64,000 nucleotides of DNA from an uncultured virus (IMG/VR IMGVR_UViG_3300037519_000101) (lineage: Duplodnaviria; Heunggongvirae; Uroviricota; Caudoviricetes). Shown here one piece after another: positions 25,746 to 35,023 of the stretch (position 1 is its first letter; the number at the start of each line of letters is the position of its first letter). The notes under the pieces were generated by a model. The model saw only the letters and a program-made list of their open reading frames with translations. It ran no database searches and was not told the origin of the DNA. Both the position numbers and the translations under genes were made by a program. The stretch lies in IMG/VR virus record IMGVR_UViG_3300037519_000101. The stretch is one strand, 5' to 3'.

Positions 25746-27068
25746 ATGATTCCAAAAATTTATATTATAGTAGCTGGTGGTAATTTAAATACTCAGCTAA
25801 AATATTTAGTTAATTCTCAAGATAAATTATTTCATCTTACTGATATTGATTATACTCCTACCAAAGGAGATAAGTTATGTTTATTACCCGGTGTTGAATT
25901 ACCTAGAACAAAACTTAAAGCTTTTAATGATGAAAATGGAACAAAAAATGTAAGAGAAGCTAGTAATGCTGATTATATTTTTGCTTCAAATAAAACATTT
26001 AATGAATATTTTACTAGTAGTGGTAATCATTGGTATTATAAAATGACTAAAAGTGATTTAGATAAGTTAATACCTTATTTTAGTTCAGTATTAAATGTAG
26101 ATCCTGTTGATATTTCAGATTTAAAAGATATAGTGGAAGCTCATCAAACTTTATACGGTGAAGTAGAATGTACAATTAACTACAATTGGTCTACTCTTAA
26201 TGATATAAGAGATATAATTGCTAAAAAGAAGATTGAACTATCTAGTGGATGGGATGATTCTATTACATTTAATGAAATCCATTCTGATTTTATTGAAGAA
26301 GTAAAATTCTTAAAAACACAAACTATTTATGATGTCTCTGGTTTAATTGCTTCTATCAGTGCTAAAAATGTAGTTATTGACTATGAAATGTATGGTCAGT
26401 TAAAAAACATGCTTAACAGTAATGATACAGACAACCATGTTTTAGCTATGGAAATTATGGCTAACTCTAATATTGTAGAAAGTTTACTTTTCATAGAAAT
26501 GTTGTTTAAAGAACACAGTTATGAAATATATAATTGTCATACAAGAAATCATGTAAACTTTAAAAGTTTATGTTCTATGATTAATAAAGAAAAGTATAGA
26601 TGTAGTACAGAACTGGATGATATTGTAAAGTCTTTAATTAACTTTAATGTGTTGACTACCGACAAGTTAAATTTATTAATGAGACATTATAATAAGGAAA
26701 TTATGCAAACAGGTAACAGTACATATTTTCATGTAAAAACCATAACTGTAGCTGATATAGTACACCAAACAGTTAATGAAAACTATACTTATACTATAGT
26801 AGATGACTTTGAACCTGTAGTAACTGAAGAAGAAACTGTTGAAGAAGAGGTTGTAAACACTGAAAGTTTAAACTTAGAAGATGTAGTTACAGAAGAAGTA
26901 TTAATTATAGAAGAAGAGCCTTCTTTTGAGTTAGAAGATGTAAACACTCTAGTTGAAGAAGAAATTGATGAAGAAGAAATTGAAGATACTATTGAGAATA
27001 CTCAAGAAGAAGTTATTGTTGAACCTAATAAAGAAAAAGAAGATGAGTCAAGCATTGATTGGTTCTAA
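25746..27068 (+). CDS. Hypothetical protein with a long Glu-rich tail
   Basis: Start moved to ATG 25746 because GTG 25710 lies in the terminator stem. Confidence 0.8.
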   Translation: MIPKIYIIVAGGNLNTQLKYLVNSQDKLFHLTDIDYTPTKGDKLCLLPGVELPRTKLKAFNDENGTKNVREASNADYIFASNKTFNEYFTSSGNHWYYKMTKSDLDKLIPYFSSVLNVDPVDISDLKDIVEAHQTLYGEVECTINYNWSTLNDIRDIIAKKKIELSSGWDDSITFNEIHSDFIEEVKFLKTQTIYDVSGLIASISAKNVVIDYEMYGQLKNMLNSNDTDNHVLAMEIMANSNIVESLLFIEMLFKEHSYEIYNCHTRNHVNFKSLCSMINKEKYRCSTELDDIVKSLINFNVLTTDKLNLLMRHYNKEIMQTGNSTYFHVKTITVADIVHQTVNENYTYTIVDDFEPVVTEEETVEEEVVNTESLNLEDVVTEEVLIIEEEPSFELEDVNTLVEEEIDEEEIEDTIENTQEEVIVEPNKEKEDESSIDWF

Positions 27069-28062
27069 TGAAGAATTAGAAAAGTTTTATAAAAAGAAGT
27101 TTTACTTCAGCTACAGTGGAATAAATAAGTTATTATTCTCACCAGTAGTTTTCTACAACCATTATGTATTAAATCAAAGAGAGGACTCTACAGACGCGCA
27201 CCTAGTTGCAGGGCGCGTTCTGCATTGTCTACTATTTGAAGAAGAAAAGTTTGATGAGAATTTCTTAGAGTTACCTGGCAAAATGCCAACAGATAGCCAA
27301 AGAAAAATTATTTATGATTTGTTTAAAATCCATATGTCCATTGGGAATAATTCCCTATCTTTGGAAGACTACTCCCAAGATATTCTCACCCTACTTCTTA
27401 CAGCTAATCTCTACCAATCTCTCAAAACAGATCAGCAAAGAATTGACAAGATTCTCACAGAAGAAAACAAGACCTATTTTGAATTCTTGAAAAACAGCGT
27501 TGGTAAAACTGTTGTGGATCAAGAGACTCTGAGTGGCTGCAGAGTGCAAGTTGAAATACTAAGAAGCAATAAAGATGTCAGAGCTTTATTACAATTAGAT
27601 AGATCACCGGAAGATGATCATCTTGTTATCCAAAGTGAGTTGCGTTTAGAGTATGATAACCCTAAACTAAGCTTTGGTCTTCATGGAATACTTGATCATG
27701 TAGTTGTTGATTATGAATCTAAAACTATATTCATCAATGATCTCAAAACCACATCAAAAGCAATCCAAGATTTTCCAGATTCTGTAGAATATTATAAGTA
27801 TTGGATGCAAGCCGTTATTTATACTATTCTCACAAACAACAAGTATCTTGCTGATAGAGAAGATAAGTTAGATTGGAAATTTCAAGTAACATTTATTGTT
27901 ATTGACAAGTACAATTTAGTGTATCCATTTCAAGTTAGTCAAGAGACTTTAGAGAAATGGAAGGAATCTTTTAATGAAATAGTGAAAACTGTTAAGTGGC
28001 ACTATGATAATAGAAGATATGACCTACCATACTCATTAATTACTAATAATGTAAAATTGTAG
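27043..28062 (+). CDS. PD-(D/E)XK exonuclease (RecB/RecE-like)
   Basis: FSYSGI, GRVLHC, E...GILD...INDLKTT, YWMQAVIY; probable start MSQALIG. Confidence 0.85.
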   Translation: MSQALIGSNEELEKFYKKKFYFSYSGINKLLFSPVVFYNHYVLNQREDSTDAHLVAGRVLHCLLFEEEKFDENFLELPGKMPTDSQRKIIYDLFKIHMSIGNNSLSLEDYSQDILTLLLTANLYQSLKTDQQRIDKILTEENKTYFEFLKNSVGKTVVDQETLSGCRVQVEILRSNKDVRALLQLDRSPEDDHLVIQSELRLEYDNPKLSFGLHGILDHVVVDYESKTIFINDLKTTSKAIQDFPDSVEYYKYWMQAVIYTILTNNKYLADREDKLDWKFQVTFIVIDKYNLVYPFQVSQETLEKWKESFNEIVKTVKWHYDNRRYDLPYSLITNNVKL

Positions 28063-28067
28063 GAGTT

Positions 28068-28664
28068 ATGGCTTTAAATTCAGTGTATAGGAAATATTTC
28101 CAAAAATCCCAGGTGTTTGTATATCCGCTCCTGGGAATTAAAAGAGGCGCAGCATATGTCCCTAAAGCAACTTATTTTGCTTGGGACGATAATGCTATTG
28201 TCTCTGAGGATATGAAATTAGTATGTGTATATGAAAATGATGAGTCAAATACTTTTGATGTATTTGTAAAAACAGTTCTACTTAAACATCCAAGATTATT
28301 TGGATATGTAAAAGCTGACTCAAAAACTAGTGTATTCACATTTGATTTTTCTGATTTGGTAGAGGAGTGGGCTAACTTTCTTGATGGAAAGTATAGTAAA
28401 GTAAATCTGAATTTAAAGAATAAAATTTTAAACTTTTTTGATCCCCAAAGTGGAAACTTTCAGTATGTAAAAAGTTATTTATATCCTGAAAAACACTTTG
28501 ATGAGTATGCATCTTTGTTAGACACTGACGTGGAAGTACTTAAATCTGTTGGAGAACTTTGTAGTAAACCTGATTTAGCTAAAGAAACTCTAAAATTAGA
28601 GATAGCTAATTTAGGAACTATAGAGGAAACTACATTAAATTTGCAAAATAATGACAAAATCTAA
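28068..28664 (+). CDS. Hypothetical protein
   Basis: 198-aa packed ORF with AGGAG upstream. Confidence 0.8.
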   Translation: MALNSVYRKYFQKSQVFVYPLLGIKRGAAYVPKATYFAWDDNAIVSEDMKLVCVYENDESNTFDVFVKTVLLKHPRLFGYVKADSKTSVFTFDFSDLVEEWANFLDGKYSKVNLNLKNKILNFFDPQSGNFQYVKSYLYPEKHFDEYASLLDTDVEVLKSVGELCSKPDLAKETLKLEIANLGTIEETTLNLQNNDKI

Positions 28665-29049
28665 ATTAATTTTTATGGAAAACAAAACAATGATGCTTGT
28701 ACAAGCAACGTGGAATGAACAACAAACTTTCAGAATGATTCCTGTTTCAGAATCATGTCCTTATGTAGAATGTATCTTTGATCCAGCTACAAAAGTATTT
28801 GTAATCATTTCTAAAATTACAAAAGTGAGTTTACACATGTTACCTAAAATGGATGAGAATGGTGATCCAGTAGCATGCAAAGCAGTAAGACCTAATGGTA
28901 GAAACTTCAAAGAAGAGAGAAACAAAATTGAAGTTTTCCAAGAGTACTATGTTGAGGATAAAGTTGCTATTAATCAACTGATTCACTACACTGCAATCAA
29001 TGCTGATAGTTTTGATTATAATGCATTTATGCAAGCAGAGACAAAGTAA
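28651..29049 (+). CDS. Hypothetical protein
   Basis: 132-aa ORF; TAAATTTG (TAnnTTTG) at 28636-28643 just upstream. Confidence 0.8.
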   Translation: MTKSKLIFMENKTMMLVQATWNEQQTFRMIPVSESCPYVECIFDPATKVFVIISKITKVSLHMLPKMDENGDPVACKAVRPNGRNFKEERNKIEVFQEYYVEDKVAINQLIHYTAINADSFDYNAFMQAETK

Positions 29050-29057
29050 ATGATGTC

Positions 29058-29088
29058 ACAGAGTGTCATCAGTGACACTCTGTTTCTT
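29058..29088 (+). terminator. Terminator-like hairpin
   Basis: Perfect 11-bp stem ACAGAGTGTCA/TGACACTCTGT followed by TTCTT. Confidence 0.75.
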
Positions 29089-29124
29089 AACTAAATGGGG
29101 AGACAGCTTAACTGAATATATCTT

Positions 29125-31110
29125 ATGAAAACAAATTATGTACATGATTATGAGACACTTAAGAATTGTTTCATAGCAGTCTTTGAAGATGTAAAATCTG
29201 ACAATAAAGAAATATTTGTTTGCCATGAATCCAGAAATGATATCTTTGATTTTATAGTATTTTTAGAAACCAATATTGCTTATAATGAATGGCATATAAG
29301 TTTTAATGGTTTAGCATTTGATGCTCAAATAACAGAACATGTTTTAAGGAACAAGAAAATGTTACTTGCAAGTGATGGAGACAAGGTAGCAAGATTTATT
29401 TATAGTAAGGCACAAGATGTCATTGGTAGACAAAACAATGGTGAGTTTACTGAGTTCAGTCCAAGAGAATTGCAAATAAGCCAGATTGATTTGTTTAAAC
29501 TAAATCACTGGGATAACCCTGCAAAGAGAAGTTCTTTAAAATGGATCCAATATACAATGGATTGGCACAACATAGTTGATATGCCTATACACCATAGTAA
29601 AGAGATAACAGATGATCAAATTGATATGGTTATTAGTTACTGTATTAATGATGTTAGATCAACTAAAGCTATCCTGATGTTGAGTAAGAGTCAGATTGAT
29701 TTGCGGAAAAATCTAACTATAGAGTATAACATTGATCTTTTTAGTGCATCTGAGCCAAGAATTTCTAAGGAGTTGTTCCTTTATTTCCTCAGTGAAAAAA
29801 CCGGATACAAGAAGTGGGATCTTAGAAAACTCAGAACATATAGATCTGAGATTAGATTTGCTGATATAATCCTACCTTATACAAAGTTTGAGACCGCAAC
29901 ATTTCAAAACTTACATGATAGGTTTAGAGAAATTATATTAAATCCAATGAATACTAAAGGAGGCTTTAAATATTCTGTGCAATATAAAGGCGTGAAGACA
30001 GACTTTGGTCTGGGTGGTGTCCATGGAGCTAAAACTGCTGGTATATATGAATCAGATGAAGAAATGGTAATTCTATCTTCCGATGTTGTGAGTTATTATC
30101 CAAACTTAGCTATTAGAAATAAATGGGCCCCTTATCACCTTCCTAAAGCAGAGTTTTGTGAGCTGTATGAATGGTTCTTTGATGAGAGAAAGAAAATAAG
30201 TAAGAAAGATCCTAAGAACTATGTATATAAGATCATCCTGAACTCAACTTATGGTTTAAGTAATGATGAGAATAGTTTCCTGTATGATCCGGAGTTTACT
30301 ATGAGAATTACTGTGAATGGTCAGTTAAGTCTAATGATGCTGTATGAGATGATTTGTCTTGAGATACCTGATGTAATGCCTTTAATGCAAAATACAGATG
30401 GTCTTGAGACTATGATTCCAAGAAAGTATTATGATAAGTATATGGAAATATGCGCAAGATGGGAAGAGATAACTAATCTTAAACTTGAGCATGATACTTA
30501 TAGTAAATTAATACTTGGTGATGTCAATAACTATATTGCCATTACAGAAAGTAAAAAAGTTGATAAAGAAACTTATGAGGAGCTAAAGAAAAAGGTTCCT
30601 TATGATGTCTATGAAGAAGTTAATGGTGAGTATTTTGTCAAGTTTACTAAATCTAAAGGTAGATTTGAGTTTAGTAATCTAGCTCTACATAAAAACAAAA
30701 GTTTCTTAATTATTCCAAAGGCTATATTTATGTATTTTGTACATGGGATAGAGCCCGAAGATTACCTTATTACAGAAAAGAATATTTTTGATTACTGTGG
30801 TGGTGTAAAAATCAAAGGGAATTGGAAATTTGTAGAGCATGAAGTTTTAATGGGGGACTATACAAAAACTACTTTACAAGATACTTTGAGGTATTACATC
30901 TCTACTAAAGGTAGTAAGATTATAAAAAGTAACCGTGGAGATAACAGAGAGATCCAGATAGAAGCTGGACGCTGGTTACAAACAGTTTATGTAAAACATG
31001 TAGAAACACCATTTGATGAATATGGTATTGATCTAAGATATTACTTAGATAAAATTAAAAAAGAGATTCAGTCTCTTGAACCAGTAATTAATCAATTAAA
31101 ATTATTTTAG
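29125..31110 (+). CDS. polB: Family B DNA polymerase with 3'-5' exonuclease
   Basis: DYE, FNGLAFD, YCIND exonuclease motifs; DVVSYYP, KIILNSTYG, NTDG polymerase motifs; C-terminal QLKLF. Confidence 0.93.
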   Translation: MKTNYVHDYETLKNCFIAVFEDVKSDNKEIFVCHESRNDIFDFIVFLETNIAYNEWHISFNGLAFDAQITEHVLRNKKMLLASDGDKVARFIYSKAQDVIGRQNNGEFTEFSPRELQISQIDLFKLNHWDNPAKRSSLKWIQYTMDWHNIVDMPIHHSKEITDDQIDMVISYCINDVRSTKAILMLSKSQIDLRKNLTIEYNIDLFSASEPRISKELFLYFLSEKTGYKKWDLRKLRTYRSEIRFADIILPYTKFETATFQNLHDRFREIILNPMNTKGGFKYSVQYKGVKTDFGLGGVHGAKTAGIYESDEEMVILSSDVVSYYPNLAIRNKWAPYHLPKAEFCELYEWFFDERKKISKKDPKNYVYKIILNSTYGLSNDENSFLYDPEFTMRITVNGQLSLMMLYEMICLEIPDVMPLMQNTDGLETMIPRKYYDKYMEICARWEEITNLKLEHDTYSKLILGDVNNYIAITESKKVDKETYEELKKKVPYDVYEEVNGEYFVKFTKSKGRFEFSNLALHKNKSFLIIPKAIFMYFVHGIEPEDYLITEKNIFDYCGGVKIKGNWKFVEHEVLMGDYTKTTLQDTLRYYISTKGSKIIKSNRGDNREIQIEAGRWLQTVYVKHVETPFDEYGIDLRYYLDKIKKEIQSLEPVINQLKLF

Positions 31111-31112
31111 TT

Positions 31113-32348
31113 ATGCCAAAGAAAATTAGCGAGTGTAGCAAAGCACATTTAATTAATGTGCCGCTACCACAACATGGTTCTACCTATACTGTAATTAGTC
31201 ACCAATTTGTGATTGACTATGTACACCAAGCATTAGCACTTGCTGGGTTTGGAATGTTACATGAAGAATATAGATGTACAGCAGATGGTCAGATAGCTCA
31301 AGGTATTCACAAGTTAAATTTTAACAATGATCCTGAATTATCTATGATGTTTGCTTGGACAAATAGTTACAATAAGCAAATCAAGTTTAAGTGTCTTGTT
31401 GGTGCCTATATTGAATCTACAAGTACTGTGATGGTATCCGGAGAAATGGGTGCCTGGATTAGAAAGCACATGGGTACTGCAGATGTAGAAACAAAACAAA
31501 ATATTGATGAGCAGATACAAAATGCTCACCAGTATTACAATCAGATGGTGTCCGATAAGAATGAGATGGTTGACAAGACTCTGGATATTAGAAAAAAGGC
31601 TCAATTATTAGGTATCTTATTTGCTGAGTATGGTGTTCTAACTACAGAACAAGCTAGTATTGTAAGAAGTTATATTGATAGACCTATCAAATCTTTTAGT
31701 AATCCTGATAGTTTGTGGGCTTTCTATAATGGTGTGACTATTGCTTTGCAACAATCACACCCTAGAACTTGGATGGAGGATCAAAGAGTATTACACTATT
31801 TTATTGATAGCATCTACAAGTTTCCTAAGCATACTACTACAGCTGCAATAGCTCCTGTTACACCTGTAGAAGATGAAGTAGTAGTAGAAGCAGAGGAAAA
31901 AGGGCCAGAAACGGACCAAGAAGCATCAGAAGACATTCCGAATCCTAATCAAATAAACATCTTTGATGTTATTGAAGAAGAGGAAGAAATGGCTGTTTGC
32001 CCACCTCCAGCTGAAATTCAAATTCATATTGAATCTGATGAAGAGTATGCTAAAAGAGTAGCTGAAATAGAAGGTGAACCAGAAGAACCTGAAGCTGAAG
32101 ATGAGTTTGCTGTTGAGGATAATGTTGATGATGTTGTTGTCTATACAGACCCTGCGGGAAATACATTTGAAGCACCGGTAGTGGAAACTGTTGAAGAACC
32201 AAAAGTTGAAAGATTATCACTTGATGATATCTTAATAAGAATACCAAATGAAGAGAAAGCTAAACAAGATGAAGAACCAGATTTTTCATTAGACTTTAAC
32301 TCTTCAGATGATGAAGAAGATTCTGATTTCATGCCTGATTTGTTTTAA
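31113..32348 (+). CDS. DUF932-like protein with a long acidic tail
   Basis: YTVISH, WTNSYN, RKH, SLWAFYNGVT pattern. Confidence 0.65.
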   Translation: MPKKISECSKAHLINVPLPQHGSTYTVISHQFVIDYVHQALALAGFGMLHEEYRCTADGQIAQGIHKLNFNNDPELSMMFAWTNSYNKQIKFKCLVGAYIESTSTVMVSGEMGAWIRKHMGTADVETKQNIDEQIQNAHQYYNQMVSDKNEMVDKTLDIRKKAQLLGILFAEYGVLTTEQASIVRSYIDRPIKSFSNPDSLWAFYNGVTIALQQSHPRTWMEDQRVLHYFIDSIYKFPKHTTTAAIAPVTPVEDEVVVEAEEKGPETDQEASEDIPNPNQINIFDVIEEEEEMAVCPPPAEIQIHIESDEEYAKRVAEIEGEPEEPEAEDEFAVEDNVDDVVVYTDPAGNTFEAPVVETVEEPKVERLSLDDILIRIPNEEKAKQDEEPDFSLDFNSSDDEEDSDFMPDLF

Positions 32349-32370
32349 TTGTTTAATTTATTTTTTTTAG

Positions 32371-32396
32371 AGAGGTGGGAAACTGCCTCTTTTTTT
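32371..32396 (+). terminator. Rho-independent terminator
   Basis: AGAGGTGG-GAAA-CTGCCTCT followed by a T tract. Confidence 0.85.
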
Positions 32397-32407
32397 ATCT
32401 TTGTAAA

Positions 32408-32548
32408 ATGAAATTTTTATTAATCATAGCTTTATTGTGTGGGTCTTGTGTTACCATATCTGAACAAGAATGGAGACAAAAGAAAATGCAAAAAGCTGAT
32501 AAGAAAATGATAAGAAAAGTTTGGAGAACCCGTAGATTTGCTAAGTAA
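32408..32548 (+). CDS. 46-aa predicted lipoprotein (not in ORF track)
   Basis: MKFLLIIALLCGSC lipobox-like signal and a basic mature part; TATCTTTG at 32396-32403. Confidence 0.6.
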   Translation: MKFLLIIALLCGSCVTISEQEWRQKKMQKADKKMIRKVWRTRRFAK

Positions 32549-32567
32549 CAATTAAAAATAAAATATC

Positions 32568-32753
32568 ATGCCTAGAACAAAAAGTGAAATTGAAAGAGAT
32601 ATTGAGATTTACAGAACTCATTTAACAGGAGATCTTTTCCAGGATGGAGAGATCCAACAAAAGATTTATGAATTAAAAAAAGAACTTAACCCTAGAATAG
32701 AAGAACATCCTGAAGAAGATGATGATGAGGGTTGCTTAAACTGTGGAAGTTAA
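32568..32753 (+). CDS. Small protein with a C-terminal CxxCGS
   Basis: Ends EEDDDEGCLNCGS. Confidence 0.7.
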   Translation: MPRTKSEIERDIEIYRTHLTGDLFQDGEIQQKIYELKKELNPRIEEHPEEDDDEGCLNCGS

Positions 32754-33271
32754 TGGAAAAAGAAGTAAGTCCAAAAGATACAATAAGAATTGTTAGAGTA
32801 GCATTAAAATGTGCTGATGCCTTAATAGATTTTGATGTTGTTAATGATCTTATAGAAGATAAGAGTGTTAAATATGTAAAGCATGGTTTAAAAAAAGATT
32901 TTTTAAAATCTGGTTATGTTGTTGAATTGTTTAGTTCAGAGTTCTTAACACATTTTGTAAAAGAAGATGAAAATACTCAAATGGAATTACAAAAAATCTT
33001 TAGAGAATTTTCTGAAAAAATAAAGTTTATGAATGAAGAAATGACAGCTTTAGTATTGTACTACTCAAAGTTAAAATCTATTATTGATGATCTTAATGAG
33101 TTGAAATATAATGATCCTTACATTTCTTATTTATTAGAAACTTGTTTACTTTTTACAAAACATCTAGGTACAAAATATAAAACTATACTAGAGCGTACAG
33201 ATAGAGAAGGTCATGGTGTAGAAGACATCATAAAAGGATTAAATAAACTAGGTAAAACAATAATGTATTAA
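32753..33271 (+). CDS. Hypothetical protein
   Basis: Probable start MEKEVS overlapping the upstream stop. Confidence 0.75.
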   Translation: MEKEVSPKDTIRIVRVALKCADALIDFDVVNDLIEDKSVKYVKHGLKKDFLKSGYVVELFSSEFLTHFVKEDENTQMELQKIFREFSEKIKFMNEEMTALVLYYSKLKSIIDDLNELKYNDPYISYLLETCLLFTKHLGTKYKTILERTDREGHGVEDIIKGLNKLGKTIMY

Positions 33272-33272
33272 A

Positions 33273-33923
33273 ATGAATGTAGAGTTAATAAATCACTTTG
33301 GGAGTGATGACATGATTGTAGATGTAGCCCGTGTGAGCTATGATAAAAAAGCAGAAAATTATACTGATGAGCAAAATAAAAAACTTGTTAAGTTTCTATG
33401 GAACCATAAACATACAAGTCCTTTTAGACATCCTACTTTACAATTTAGAATTACTTGTCCCATTTATGTTGAGCGTCAGCTCTTTAAACATCAAGTAGGT
33501 ATATCAGTTAATAGTATTTCTGGTAGATATGTTGATTTTTCAGACACTTATGGTACTGTAGGTGAGTGGCGAAAACAAAGTCAAAATAGCAAACAAGGAA
33601 GTGACGGGCCAGTAAAGAACCAACTTGCATGTAAGAGAATTGAAAGAAAAGTAATTGACACTTGTCAAGAAGCTTACTCAATGTTATTATCCTTGGGTGT
33701 AAGTAAAGAACAAGCTAGAACTGTATTACCTCTTTGTTTAAATACAAGTTTTGTTTGGACTGGTACTATGCTTGCTTTTATGCATATGTGTGCATTAAGA
33801 CTTAAACCTGATGCTCAAGCTGAGACTAGAGAGGTTGTAGATGCTATGTTATCTGCTGTAAGAAGTATTCCGGGGAATCCTTTTGAACAAATATTAGAAG
33901 TTATAGATTCAGAATTAATATAA
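33273..33923 (+). CDS. thyX: Flavin-dependent thymidylate synthase
   Basis: ARVSY, HTSPFRH, RQLFKH...NSISGRY, EQARTVLP, LRLKPDAQAE. Confidence 0.93.
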   Translation: MNVELINHFGSDDMIVDVARVSYDKKAENYTDEQNKKLVKFLWNHKHTSPFRHPTLQFRITCPIYVERQLFKHQVGISVNSISGRYVDFSDTYGTVGEWRKQSQNSKQGSDGPVKNQLACKRIERKVIDTCQEAYSMLLSLGVSKEQARTVLPLCLNTSFVWTGTMLAFMHMCALRLKPDAQAETREVVDAMLSAVRSIPGNPFEQILEVIDSELI

Positions 33924-33928
33924 GTAAA

Positions 33929-34138
33929 ATGAATTTTTTAAGATACTTGATAATCAATGGTGTTCAAAGGTGGGGTTCATTTATGTGGGTTGGTACTCAC
34001 GTAAGCATGACTCAAACTGATTGGCACTGGCTATTAGAAACTATCTTATGTATTGGTTTAGATATAATTTTAGTTACTGGTTTATATTTAGAGTGGGTAG
34101 AATATAAAAAAAATAATAATAATGAAAAAGCAAATTGA
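33929..34138 (+). CDS. Small membrane protein
   Basis: Hydrophobic segments. Confidence 0.65.
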   Translation: MNFLRYLIINGVQRWGSFMWVGTHVSMTQTDWHWLLETILCIGLDIILVTGLYLEWVEYKKNNNNEKAN

Positions 34139-34517
34139 ATCTGTAAGAGAGTTCCATGAAACTTTCAACCAAGAAAATGGTGTACAACCAAGATTGATAG
34201 AAAATCATGAGTGGATGTTAAGACATAAGCTTATGGCTGAAGAAAATGATGAGTATTATGATGCTACTGATAAAGGTGACTTAACAGAAATAGCAGATGC
34301 TCTTGGTGATCAGTTATATATCTTGTGTGGTACTATACTTAAACATGGTATGCAAGATATAATAGAAAAAGTATTTGATGAAATCCATAGAAGCAACATG
34401 AGTAAGGTTGGTGAAGATGGAAAAGCAATTATGAGAGAAGATGGTAAAATCTTAAAAGGACCACAATATTTTAAACCAAATTTAAAACAATTTGTAGAAG
34501 AGTATGAGCAAAAATAA
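34122..34517 (+). CDS. MazG-like nucleotide pyrophosphohydrolase
   Basis: EENDEY, EIADALGD, EIHRSNMSK, REDGKILKG. Confidence 0.9.
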   Translation: MKKQIESVREFHETFNQENGVQPRLIENHEWMLRHKLMAEENDEYYDATDKGDLTEIADALGDQLYILCGTILKHGMQDIIEKVFDEIHRSNMSKVGEDGKAIMREDGKILKGPQYFKPNLKQFVEEYEQK

Positions 34518-34671
34518 TAAAAACAGAAACAGAAAAAGAATAATAAAATTGGATTTAATGTGTCCAATTAGTTACAATAGATTTAAGTTTAGAGAAAATA
34601 GAAAAGGTGTTTTTAATATTACAAGAGAAAGAATTAGAAAAACCTATATTAGTAATGATGATTTAAATTAA
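34504..34671 (+). CDS. Hypothetical 55-aa basic protein (not in ORF track)
   Basis: MSKNNKNRNRKR...; overlaps the upstream stop. Confidence 0.5.
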   Translation: MSKNNKNRNRKRIIKLDLMCPISYNRFKFRENRKGVFNITRERIRKTYISNDDLN

Positions 34672-34676
34672 TAATT

Positions 34677-34850
34677 ATGCATCCTGGTACATTTAGAAAA
34701 CTTATGATTGATGCCTACTTATCAGGGGCAAAAGTAATGGATTGTGGTTGTTATGATTTACCAACTAAACAAGAAGCCAGAGATTGGTTTGATAATGAAT
34801 ATGGTAAACAAGAGTCAGATGAAGAATGTGACTGTTGTGATGAGGAATAA
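34677..34850 (+). CDS. Hypothetical 57-aa Cys-rich acidic protein (not in ORF track)
   Basis: MHPGTFRKLMIDAYLSGA...ECDCCDEE; stop lies immediately before the terminator. Confidence 0.65.
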   Translation: MHPGTFRKLMIDAYLSGAKVMDCGCYDLPTKQEARDWFDNEYGKQESDEECDCCDEE

Positions 34851-34853
34851 ATT

Positions 34854-34885
34854 AGGGAGAGCTTTCGGGCTCTCCCTTTTTTTTT
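34854..34885 (+). terminator. Terminator at the convergence of the two transcription blocks
   Basis: AGGGAGAGCT-TTCG-GGCTCTCCCT followed by a T run. Confidence 0.9.
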
Positions 34886-35005
34886 CTATCTCCCTTGACC
34901 TTTGTACATTTTTTTGTAGTTCTTAGACATTTTACTTTTTGAAATTTTTGTCTTTGAGTGAATTCCCGGTCTTGAAACTTTCACTGATTTTGTTTTAGCT
35001 GCCAT
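34886..35005 (-). CDS. 39-aa highly basic protein (not in ORF track)
   Basis: MAAKTKSVKVSRPGIHSKTKISKSKMSKNYKKMYKGQGR. Confidence 0.75.
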   Translation of the reverse strand: MAAKTKSVKVSRPGIHSKTKISKSKMSKNYKKMYKGQGR

Positions 35006-35023
35006 TGTATTTGATTTTAATTG

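Noticed and set aside
26953..27068. Programmed frameshift between overlapping ORFs
   Set aside because: The overlap shrinks to 26 bp with the ATG at 27043; the extension is just an alternate frame of Glu codons.
209..34567. Short minus-strand and nested ORFs overlapping + strand genes (e.g. 209, 2450, 4229, 10365, 12241, 23754, 25250, 28475, 28840, 31338, 32141, 34310)
   Set aside because: Overlap well-supported genes and have no recognisable motifs.
34744..34926. 60-aa + strand ORF
   Set aside because: Runs through the terminator; the better ORF is 34677-34850 in another frame.
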